DNA of 11,082 bases from an uncultured bacterium (GCA_963977445.1 CAXBPH010000234.1:1-11082), one strand, 5' to 3'; shown: positions 1 to 7,775, numbered from the stretch's first letter. The notes: generated by a model not told the origin, from the letters alone. Translations and numbers: made by a program.

Positions 1-363
1 CTCAGCGGCCTTCCCCTCTACCCCGGACTGTACACCAACTCAACCTCGGTCATGCTGTCGGTAGGCAACGTGACGCTCGACGCCCAGGGCGACGTCAACG
101 CGGTGTTTCTCTTCCAGATGGGCTCTACCCTCACCACCGGAGCCAGCACCCAGGTGGTGCTGAGCGGCGGCGCCAAGGCCTCTAACGTCTATTGGCAGGT
201 GGGCACCTCGGCCACGCTGGGAACAAACAGCCTGTTCAAAGGGAACATACTGGCGGAAGCTTCCATCACGCTGGCTACCGGCGCCACGCTGGACGGCAGG
301 GCGTTGACACAGACCGCGGCAGTTACCTTGGATGCAGCAACGATCACGGCACCCATGCCGTAG
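1..363 (+). CDS. Ice-binding-like protein (DUF3494 / IBP-1 beta-solenoid), C-terminal part; 5' truncated by the window edge
   Basis: Frame +1 is open from base 1 (LSGLPLYPGLYTNSTSVMLSVGNVTLDAQGDVNAVFLFQMGSTLTT...). It contains the typical DUF3494 segments LxPGLY, TLDAQGDxNAVFxFQ, A.NVYWQVG.SATLG, FKGNILA..SITL and GRAL.QT.AVTL. Stop TAG at 361-363. Confidence 0.92.
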   Translation, partial: LSGLPLYPGLYTNSTSVMLSVGNVTLDAQGDVNAVFLFQMGSTLTTGASTQVVLSGGAKASNVYWQVGTSATLGTNSLFKGNILAEASITLATGATLDGRALTQTAAVTLDAATITAPMP

Positions 364-389
364 GTTTACCGGATTCCGTTTCTACTTAT

Positions 390-420
390 CGGGAAGGTCC
401 ACACGTTGTGGGCCTTCCCG
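390..420 (+). terminator. GC-rich stem-loop downstream of the DUF3494 gene (possible terminator or 3' stabiliser)
   Basis: CGGGAAGGTCCACA-CGT-TGTGGGCCTTCCCG forms a 14-bp stem with one G-U pair, 27 nt after the stop. There is no clean U-tract, so termination is uncertain. Confidence 0.5.
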
Positions 421-632
421 TCCGCCATTTAAAGGCGTCACTTTGGATACGAATCGAAAGTAATCCGCCGATTTTCCCCGTGTGTTATGGAAATGGAATG
501 CCGATATCACCGGCCCAATGGGTCAGTGGGATTCGGAACATATACGACCGCGTCGCACCCGCCCCCGCCCGGCCCACTAAATCCCCTTAGCTCTACGCGA
601 CCCTTAGTCGATGGGATGTACAGGTCGTCAAT

Positions 633-641
633 TGCTATACT
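633..641 (+). promoter_or_regulatory. Putative extended -10 promoter for phnA
   Basis: TGCTATACT (TGn + TATACT) about 40 nt upstream of the phnA start; no convincing -35. Confidence 0.45.
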
Positions 642-686
642 GAGCTTTCTTTTTTTTACGACAATCTCTGTACCCGAATGGATCCC

Positions 687-1028
687 ATGAACGCTTTACC
701 CCCATGCCCCAAATGTTCCTCCGAATATACCTACGAAGACGGTAGTCTCTATGTCTGCCCCGAGTGTGCCCATGAATGGGCGGCACAGGCGGCCGACTCC
801 CCGGATTCCGGTGAAAAAGTCTACCGCGATTCTGGTGGCACCGTCCTCGAGGATGGGGATACGGTCACGGTGATCAAAGATCTTAAACTTAAGGGCTCCA
901 GCGGTGTGGTCAAAATCGGAACCAAAGTCAAGAACATTCGCCTGGTCGACAAGGACCACGATATTGAATGCAAAATTGATGGCTTTGGTGCCATGAGCCT
1001 GAAGACCGAGTTCGTCCGCAAGGGTTGA
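687..1028 (+). CDS. phnA: PhnA/YjdM zinc-ribbon domain protein
   Basis: [26 protein letters not shown] zinc ribbon plus the C-terminal [52 protein letters not shown], which matches the family throughout. Alternative ATG at 678. Confidence 0.95.
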   Translation: MNALPPCPKCSSEYTYEDGSLYVCPECAHEWAAQAADSPDSGEKVYRDSGGTVLEDGDTVTVIKDLKLKGSSGVVKIGTKVKNIRLVDKDHDIECKIDGFGAMSLKTEFVRKG

Positions 1029-1068
1029 TACCGCACCCAAAGCGACCACGATTTGCCCCCCAATATAC

Positions 1069-1109
1069 AAAACGGGCCCGCGACTTGATGCCGCGGGCCC
1101 GTTGCTTTT
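1069..1109. terminator. Probable bidirectional intrinsic terminator between convergent phnA and the SGNH-DUF1080 gene
   Basis: Perfect 12-bp stem AACGGGCCCGCG (1071-1082) / CGCGGGCCCGTT (1092-1103), with an A-run on the left and GCTTTT on the right. Confidence 0.8.
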
Positions 1110-1112
1110 GTC

Positions 1113-2504
1113 TTAGTTTTGCGCGGGCGCGGGTGTTTCTGCTGCGACCGGTTCCGGTGCGGGTGTTACTACACGGGGAATCTCACGGATGAACACGTTC
1201 TTGAAGGACAAGGGGTCGCCGTGGTTCTGCAACTCGATCTGGCCGCTGTCGTAAATGGGAATTTCGCGGTTCCAATAGTTTTCGAGGACCACGTTGTCCA
1301 CCACGAGCACGTTGTTCAGGTAGACGGTGACTTTCTCGCCCACCATGATGATGCGGAAGCGGTTCCACTCACCAATGGGGTTGTCTGCCTTTATCGAGGG
1401 GTCGGCGGGGTTTTTCTGGTTGTTGTAGAGTCCGCCGGAGCCTTGGGGCCACATGGCGGGGTCCCAAATCTGCACCTGGGGCGCGCCACGGAGATAGATG
1501 CCGCTGTCGCCTTTGGGGCTGATTTTCCAATCGACCAACATGTCGATATCCTGGTAGTCCCGGTCGGTGCAGAGGCTGTGTCCTACGCCGCTGAAATTGA
1601 GCACGCCGTCGGTTACCGTCCAGGTGCTGCGCATTTCTTCATCGGCGGCCTTCTGCTTTTCGGCCAGTTCTTCCGGCGTCATGGCGGCCCGTTTTTCGGG
1701 GTCCTCCACGAGGCCCTTCCAACCCGTGAGGTCTTTGCCATTGAAGAGCTGCACATAGCCCGTGGGCGGCGTGTTGTCTGTGTATTCGCCCATGAGCGCG
1801 GCTACGCGGGGCTCGATGGCTTCGGCCCAGAGCTTGTAGCCCACTTCGTTGGGGTGCAAGAGGTCGGGCATGATTTCTTTGGTCAATACGCCTTCGTCGT
1901 TGAGGAAAAAGCGGCCCATATCGAAATATTCGACCATGGGATCAGCGGCCAGATCGGCAATCAGACTATTGGCCTTGTTTAACTTCTCCAAAATTTCCGC
2001 GGGCTTTTCCCCACGAGGAAAAATACCCAGGAGGAGCACCTTCATGTCGGGCAGCTCATTGCGAAGCAGACGGATAATCGCGGTCACACCTTCCGAAATT
2101 TCTTCGGCGGAATTGCTACCGTGATTATTTGTGCCAATCATGACCACGGCGAGCTTGGGCGAAAGTCCGTCGATGTTGCCGTTTTGCAGGCGCCAGAGTA
2201 CGTGCTGGGTGCGGTCGCCTCCAATACCCAGGTTCACCGCATTGCGGTCGCCATAATATTCGTCCCACACGGCCTTACCCTTGCCTTCCCAGCCATGGGT
2301 GATGGAGTCGCCAATAAACAGGAGATCGGCGTTACCTTGAGCGACCCGTTCATTCATTACGGCTTGGCGTTCCTGCCACCAATCTTCTTTTTTGGGCTCG
2401 GGCTCCACCGCCGTGTTCTTGGCATGTGCCCAGGACGAAAGCAGCATGGTGCTTGCGAGAACCACCATCATGCTCCATCGTGTCGATTGTTGTAATCTCA
2501 TCAT
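1113..2504 (-). CDS. Secreted fusion: SGNH/GDSL hydrolase (PAF-acetylhydrolase-like esterase) + DUF1080 (3-keto-disaccharide hydrolase-like) domain
   Basis: Signal peptide ending near ..SWAHA. SGNH blocks FIGDSIT, GIGGDRT, IGTNN and DLLHPN (Ser-Asp-His triad). DUF1080 motifs LFNGKDLTGW, DSGIYLRG, GEWNRFRI, VYLN and IELQNHGDPLSFKNVFIREI. Pro/Ala-rich tail. SD AAGGAG 9 nt upstream. Confidence 0.9.
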   Translation of the reverse strand: MMRLQQSTRWSMMVVLASTMLLSSWAHAKNTAVEPEPKKEDWWQERQAVMNERVAQGNADLLFIGDSITHGWEGKGKAVWDEYYGDRNAVNLGIGGDRTQHVLWRLQNGNIDGLSPKLAVVMIGTNNHGSNSAEEISEGVTAIIRLLRNELPDMKVLLLGIFPRGEKPAEILEKLNKANSLIADLAADPMVEYFDMGRFFLNDEGVLTKEIMPDLLHPNEVGYKLWAEAIEPRVAALMGEYTDNTPPTGYVQLFNGKDLTGWKGLVEDPEKRAAMTPEELAEKQKAADEEMRSTWTVTDGVLNFSGVGHSLCTDRDYQDIDMLVDWKISPKGDSGIYLRGAPQVQIWDPAMWPQGSGGLYNNQKNPADPSIKADNPIGEWNRFRIIMVGEKVTVYLNNVLVVDNVVLENYWNREIPIYDSGQIELQNHGDPLSFKNVFIREIPRVVTPAPEPVAAETPAPAQN

Positions 2505-2759
2505 TGTATTGCGCTCCTTGGTATTGCGTAAGGTGCCGCCGGTTGGGCAGCATCATGCACGGGTAAACCGGGTGTACAAAATGGAAAGTCTGAAGAGCGA
2601 CTAGTGTACCCGACAGATAGCGGGGAAGTCTTTCTTTGTTTTTGGGTACAATCACACCCATCCCGGTGTCTGTTATATACCGGCATTGTCGGTGGCTGGC
2701 CCCGGGCATTCTTGGCTTAACACAGGTTCGATTGGTGCGATACTGTCCCCTGTCAGTCC

Positions 2760-4019
<1,260 letters not shown>

Positions 4020-4057
4020 GGTAGTGAGGTCCTTTTCAATGTTTGTCTCGTGAAGGC

Positions 4058-4066
4058 AGTATAGCA
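4058..4066 (-). promoter_or_regulatory. Putative extended -10 promoter for the metallophosphoesterase gene
   Basis: Minus-strand TGCTATACT about 38 nt upstream of ATG 4019; weak -35 (ATGGAA) at 17-nt spacing. Confidence 0.45.
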
Positions 4067-4112
4067 CCGAGCGCAGGGAATTCCATGTTGCGGTTGTGGG
4101 TGAATTATCCGC

Positions 4113-4307
4113 CGTGCCACGCGATCCGGCAACGCCGGTTCGTGTGCGATGACATTTTGGTCTTGTAGGAGTTTGATACGCCACCTTCGTCCACAGCACT
4201 ATGAAAACACAAACATGCTACGAGGAAGTCACTTCGTTTGTCCGGGTTATGTTTCTATCACCGAAACACCTCTCACACGAACCGACGTTGTCGGATCGCG
4301 TGGCACG
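4113..4307. repeat. Pair of 34-bp palindromic repeats in inverted orientation with a 127-bp spacer (REP-doublet/REPIN- or MITE-like)
   Basis: 4113-4146 CGTGCCACGCGATCCGGCAACGCCGGTTCGTGTG and 4274-4307 CACACGAACCGACGTTGTCGGATCGCGTGGCACG are reverse complements at 32/34 positions. Each copy folds into an imperfect 13-bp hairpin. Confidence 0.8.
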
Positions 4308-4322
4308 ATGATCGTGTCTTGT

Positions 4323-4356
4323 AAAATAAAAATGCCCCTGCGTGGTGCAAGGGCAT
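4323..4356 (-). terminator. Intrinsic terminator of the ROK / PIG-L operon
   Basis: Minus strand ATGCCCTTGC-ACCAC-GCAGGGGCAT (10-bp stem, one G-U pair) followed by TTTTATTTT, 26 nt after the deacetylase stop. Confidence 0.85.
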
Positions 4357-4382
4357 GGGAGATAGAAGTGTGTTTTTAACGC

Positions 4383-5234
4383 TTATCCCTGAAACTTTTT
4401 CACCCGCTCGGTGACGTCGCTCAGGAAGTTGTTGAGATAGCCCTGGACGAAGGTCAGGGGATCGAGGGTATCGTCTTCGATCAGGGGCGTGAGATCCATG
4501 GCGAAGGAAACGCCTGTGCACTCATCAACCCCGTGGGACTGGTGGTAGGTGGCGTGGGCGCGGCGACGACCCATGGTGGCGAGGTCATAGCGCTTACCAC
4601 CGGCAATCTGGGAATCAAACACGCCGACGAGGGCCATCTGGAGGTTTTCCCGCTCAGAAACGTTGAAGGCGATCTTGTCGTCGTCTACCATCCAATCGAG
4701 GTCACGCCAGACTTCGCAGCCATAGACCTTCTTCGGCTTGGCTTCCGCAGAAACCTTGCGGAGGGCCGCGATGGTCTTGAGGGTCACCCCGATGTGGGTG
4801 TCATGCTTGTCGGCCAGATTGTGGGTATAGACGATTTCCGGCTTGGTGGCTTCGATGAGGGCGACCAGATCGTTGATGGGACCCTGGTCGGCGGGGTCCT
4901 TCACCATGCTACTGGGGAAGGCCAGCAGAAACTGGGCGGCAAAATCACCCACATAGGCGGCTTTCTTCTGCTCTTTATTGCGCACGACAATCATGTCTTC
5001 GTCGCTGTAGTTGCCATAGATGCCACTGCGGGGGGTACCGCCGCCATTGGTGACAACCACGCCGGTATACCATTTGTCGGGCTGCTGATAGCATTCCACG
5101 ATGCCATCATAGGCCATGATTTCCAGGTCGTCCTGGTGAGCACCGATGGCCAGATGGGTGGTACGAGCGAGGGCCGCCGTTTCTTCCATGCCGTCGGGGA
5201 TAAATAATTCTGCGGAGTCGATGGTAAATTTCAT
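4383..5234 (-). CDS. PIG-L/LmbE-family zinc-dependent N-deacetylase
   Basis: AIGAHQDDLEI (AHxDD), VVVTNGGG, VRNKEQ (RxxE) and IVYTHNLADKHDTH (HxDH-like) motifs, then YGCE and SQ near the C-terminus. ATG 5234 is preferred because GAGG lies 6 nt upstream; alternative start 5246. Confidence 0.9.
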   Translation of the reverse strand: MKFTIDSAELFIPDGMEETAALARTTHLAIGAHQDDLEIMAYDGIVECYQQPDKWYTGVVVTNGGGTPRSGIYGNYSDEDMIVVRNKEQKKAAYVGDFAAQFLLAFPSSMVKDPADQGPINDLVALIEATKPEIVYTHNLADKHDTHIGVTLKTIAALRKVSAEAKPKKVYGCEVWRDLDWMVDDDKIAFNVSERENLQMALVGVFDSQIAGGKRYDLATMGRRRAHATYHQSHGVDECTGVSFAMDLTPLIEDDTLDPLTFVQGYLNNFLSDVTERVKKFQG

Positions 5235-5306
5235 TGTAGGCCTCATATTCTACGTTACGAATTGGTTCGCCCAACAGGGGGCTCGGCATTGCTGCCTGGC
5301 GTTTCC

Positions 5307-6716
5307 CTATCCCAGGGCGGGCAAACTGGCGGCCGCGATGGACTGACCCACGCGGCGACTCTTTTCGTCGGGCAACTGGATATTAATCCCGGCAAGTTCG
5401 GGGAATTCCCTGGTCAGCACGCCTTTCGCGCCATTGAGGATGAGATCCCCACCGGAACCGGAGGTGCACCGGCCCAAAATGAGCACATGCTTTAATTCAT
5501 AGAATCGGGCATAGTGGGCGATGGCATAGCCGAGATAGACGCCGATACTTTGCCATATTTTCAGGGCTCCGTCATGACCGGCTTCCAGCTTTTCCTGGAC
5601 CGACTTGAGCTTTTCGGCGTCGGTGACGCCTTCAGGAAGTTCGATGCCAGCGACCGGTGCCAGACGGAAAACACACTGCTGGGAGAAGTAACGGGCACCT
5701 ACCCCAATGTCGCCCGACCATTCATCGTCGGGACCTTCGGGATTGTAGTCTACCGGGGCAAAGGCAAGTTCGTTGAGCCAGCTGGTGATGTTGCCGTCCA
5801 TCGTCACATAACCACCCGCCTCACTGGAGCCCAGAGCAATACCCAGAACCCCATTGTCTTCGAGGGACATGGAACCCGCAAGGGCCGTCACTTCGCCATC
5901 ATTCACGATGTCGAGGGGCACACCCATTTCTTTGCCGATACGGTTGAACATATCGCGCACTTCGTCGAAACGGGCGTCGGGTATGCCGCGAAAGAGGGAG
6001 GCAATCATGGCACGGTTGTTGATATAAACACCGGCCGAGCTGCCGCCAATAGCATCGACCCGGGGCATTTTGCTGGCGGCCGTCTTGAGGGCAGCCATGA
6101 CTTCGTTGTAGTGATAGGTGGGGTCGGTCTGTTTACGGGGCTCCCAGACGACTTCCTCGGAATATACGGCTTCACCGTCGATTACCGCCGAAACCTTGCG
6201 ATCGGAAGCGCCGAGGTCAAAACCAATGCGGCACCCTTCAAGGTGGCGCCCCAGGGGCTGGGTCGATTCATTTTCCGCTGGAACCGCATCGGCCGCGCAG
6301 CCCACCACGGTAAAGGTCTGCTCGTAGACGCTTTTGCCCATGAAACCGTAGTCAAAGGCACGGGCACCATTGGCGCTGTAGGCCTCGGCCAGGTAATCCG
6401 CCACATAGGAGGGACCACCCACATAGACCTTCCACGCACCCCGCTGCCAGAGCAGGAATTTAAGGATGCGTTCGACGTAGAAGCAGCTGGCTTCCGCCTT
6501 CTCGTGGCCTTCTGGAAAAACCATCGTTTCAAAGCGGGAAAGGGCCCCGGCACTCCGCTCCAGACCGAGCACGAGGGGCACACCGTCACCGGAAGCCTTT
6601 ACCGCCTCATCGAAGGTGCGGTTGGCCATAACGGCAGGTCGAAAATCGGGGTCCAACGGGGGAACAATCGCGGGCGTGGACAACATCCAAGCATAATTCA
6701 TGGGGAGAAACCTCAT
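5307..6716 (-). CDS. ROK-family (ASKHA) sugar-kinase-like protein with an extra ~155-aa N-terminal region
   Basis: IGFDLGASDRK phosphate-1 loop, AIGGSSAG, IVNDGEVTALA (NDA-like), GIALGSSEAGG and a C-terminal VLILG. No canonical CxCGxxGC and no evident N-terminal HTH. Exact start uncertain (6716, 6701 or 6686). Confidence 0.85.
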   Translation of the reverse strand: MRFLPMNYAWMLSTPAIVPPLDPDFRPAVMANRTFDEAVKASGDGVPLVLGLERSAGALSRFETMVFPEGHEKAEASCFYVERILKFLLWQRGAWKVYVGGPSYVADYLAEAYSANGARAFDYGFMGKSVYEQTFTVVGCAADAVPAENESTQPLGRHLEGCRIGFDLGASDRKVSAVIDGEAVYSEEVVWEPRKQTDPTYHYNEVMAALKTAASKMPRVDAIGGSSAGVYINNRAMIASLFRGIPDARFDEVRDMFNRIGKEMGVPLDIVNDGEVTALAGSMSLEDNGVLGIALGSSEAGGYVTMDGNITSWLNELAFAPVDYNPEGPDDEWSGDIGVGARYFSQQCVFRLAPVAGIELPEGVTDAEKLKSVQEKLEAGHDGALKIWQSIGVYLGYAIAHYARFYELKHVLILGRCTSGSGGDLILNGAKGVLTREFPELAGINIQLPDEKSRRVGQSIAAASLPALG

Positions 6717-6753
6717 TCTCGGTTACTTCGGCGAACGCCAAAAATGAGGCCTT

Positions 6754-6762
6754 ATGGTAGCA
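6754..6762 (-). promoter_or_regulatory. Possible extended -10 for the ROK operon
   Basis: Minus-strand TGCTACCAT about 38 nt upstream of ATG 6716. Confidence 0.3.
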
Positions 6763-6891
6763 CAAAGACATAGGACGAATTAAGCTGCAATTGGAGCCGG
6801 TGATGCCCTGAGCAACGACCTGACCGGCTCCGCAGGCGCTCCGAAGTAACCGACACGGGCACAAACTTGCCTCCAAAACCTGCGCTGTACC

Positions 6892-6900
6892 TGTTATACT
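6892..6900 (+). promoter_or_regulatory. Putative extended -10 promoter for the FmdB-family gene
   Basis: TGTTATACT about 62 nt upstream of ATG 6963, followed by a GGGGCC/GGCCCC leader hairpin (6907-6927). Confidence 0.45.
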
Positions 6901-6962
6901 GACTTGGGGCCTGTCCAATCGGCCCCTAAAAATGGCAAACCACCATAACAGGATGCCCCCCA

Positions 6963-7175
6963 ATGCCCCTATTTGCATACACGTGTACGGCCTGCGGCAC
7001 CGAGGCCGAGTTATTGATTCGCGGCGAAGAAGTGCCCCACTGCCCGGCCTGCGACGCCGACGATCTGGAAAAGCACTTGAGCCACATACGCCCCATGCAG
7101 GCAAGCGCCCCCGAACCTGGCGGTTGTGGTGCTTCCCAGTGCTGCCGCATGCAGGGTGGCGGCTGCATGAACTAG
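6963..7175 (+). CDS. FmdB-family zinc-ribbon protein (CxxC-CxxC)
   Basis: MPLFAYTCTACG..ELL....PHCPAC....LEKHLS matches the FmdB pattern MP.YEY.C..CG..FE.....CP.CG...L.K..S. Gly/Cys-rich tail; AGGA upstream. Confidence 0.9.
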   Translation: MPLFAYTCTACGTEAELLIRGEEVPHCPACDADDLEKHLSHIRPMQASAPEPGGCGASQCCRMQGGGCMN

Positions 7176-7192
7176 GGAAAACAGAGTACGCT

Positions 7193-7549
7193 ATGGACAT
7201 TCCACCCCACGAACAGCGCCCCATTCGGACCCTTCGCCAGCATTTCTGGGAAGGCCTGAAGAATGCCCAACGGCGAAGGCCCCTGAGCTTTTACCTGCTT
7301 TTGTCGATTCCCGTGGTGTTGTTGCTCGCTGTGCACCTGTTTCGGGCCCGGGAGAACCCCCACCAGCTCGCCCTGGGGCTTTCTATTCTCTTTGTATACC
7401 TCGGCGTCGTGCTGATTGGGGCCATCCTCGATTTGCTCTCCATCATCCGAACGACCCTCACGAACGCCCGACTGGCCTACAAAGAGACCCTCTACGACGA
7501 AGAATTTCTCGCCGAACTCCGGGAGCGACGCTCCGCCAGCGACGATTAA
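7193..7549 (+). CDS. Hypothetical membrane protein, 118 aa, two predicted TM helices
   Basis: ATG 17 nt after the FmdB stop. Hydrophobic segments FYLLLSIPVVLLLAVHLF and LALGLSILFVYLGVVLIGAILDLLSII, with a charged C-terminal helix. The longer 6932 start overlaps FmdB and is rejected. Confidence 0.75.
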   Translation: MDIPPHEQRPIRTLRQHFWEGLKNAQRRRPLSFYLLLSIPVVLLLAVHLFRARENPHQLALGLSILFVYLGVVLIGAILDLLSIIRTTLTNARLAYKETLYDEEFLAELRERRSASDD

Positions 7550-7595
7550 TCTGGGGATGGTGGCGCCGACCTGCCCGGCATAAATACCGTAAACC

Positions 7596-7625
7596 TTGGA
7601 CTCACCCATCCGATTGATTTATAAT
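7596..7625 (+). promoter_or_regulatory. Sigma70-type promoter of the tRNA gene
   Basis: TTGGAC (7596-7601), 18 nt, then a perfect TATAAT (7620-7625), 14 nt before the tRNA. Confidence 0.65.
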
Positions 7626-7639
7626 TCCTCTACCCGTGC

Positions 7640-7723
7640 GGAGGAGTAGCATAATTGGTAATGCAGCGGTCTTGAAAACCGCCGCCCTCGGGCTTGCAGG
7701 TTCGAGTCCTGTCTCCTCCGCCA
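7640..7723 (+). tRNA. tRNA-Ser (anticodon UGA), 84 nt, with encoded CCA
   Basis: Acceptor GGAGGAG/CTCCTCC, discriminator G73, CCA. D stem GCAT/ATGC. Anticodon stem GCGGT/ACCGC with loop CT-TGA-AA (TGA at 7673-7675). Variable arm CGCCCTCGGGCTT. T arm GCAGG-TTCGAGT-CCTGT. Confidence 0.96.
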
Positions 7724-7754
7724 TTTTTCTTCCCCCCTCTCTATCTGCCCAAGT

Positions 7755-7775
7755 TTCGGGGTGAGCCACCCCGAA
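7755..7775. terminator. Stem-loop between the convergent tRNA and PI-PLC genes
   Basis: TTCGGGGTG-AGC-CACCCCGAA is a perfect 9-bp stem; there is no clear U-tract. Confidence 0.45.

Noticed and set aside
192..690. ORFs 192-590 and 487-690
   Set aside because: They overlap the DUF3494 gene, the hairpin and the phnA promoter, with no SD, motifs or protein-like composition.
2679..2692. Third copy of the repeat core (ACCGGCATTGTCGG)
   Set aside because: It matches the hairpin core at 12/14 but the flanks do not match, so it is too short to distinguish from chance.
4020..4199. 60-aa N-terminal extension of the metallophosphoesterase ORF (start 4199)
   Set aside because: It runs through the inverted-repeat element and the putative promoter. 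The SD and signal peptide support ATG 4019.
4113..4307. Retron msr-msd, CRISPR mini-array or integron attC explanation for the repeat pair
   Set aside because: No reverse transcriptase, cas or integrase gene is nearby. The repeats are inverted rather than direct, and there are no RYYYAAC/GTTRRRY ends.
4301..4316. Sigma54 promoter (TGGCACG)
   Set aside because: The -12 element reads TCGT rather than TTGC, and it points into a terminator and an antisense gene end.
6932..7192. 205-aa version of the membrane-protein ORF
   Set aside because: Its N-terminal part overlaps the clear FmdB gene in another frame. The start at 7193 is more plausible.
7640..7723. tRNA-Sec, opal suppressor or allo-tRNA interpretation
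   Set aside because: Anticodon 5'-UGA-3' reads UCA (Ser), whereas Sec needs anticodon UCA. The fold is a canonical 7/5, not 8/5, 8/4 or 9/3.
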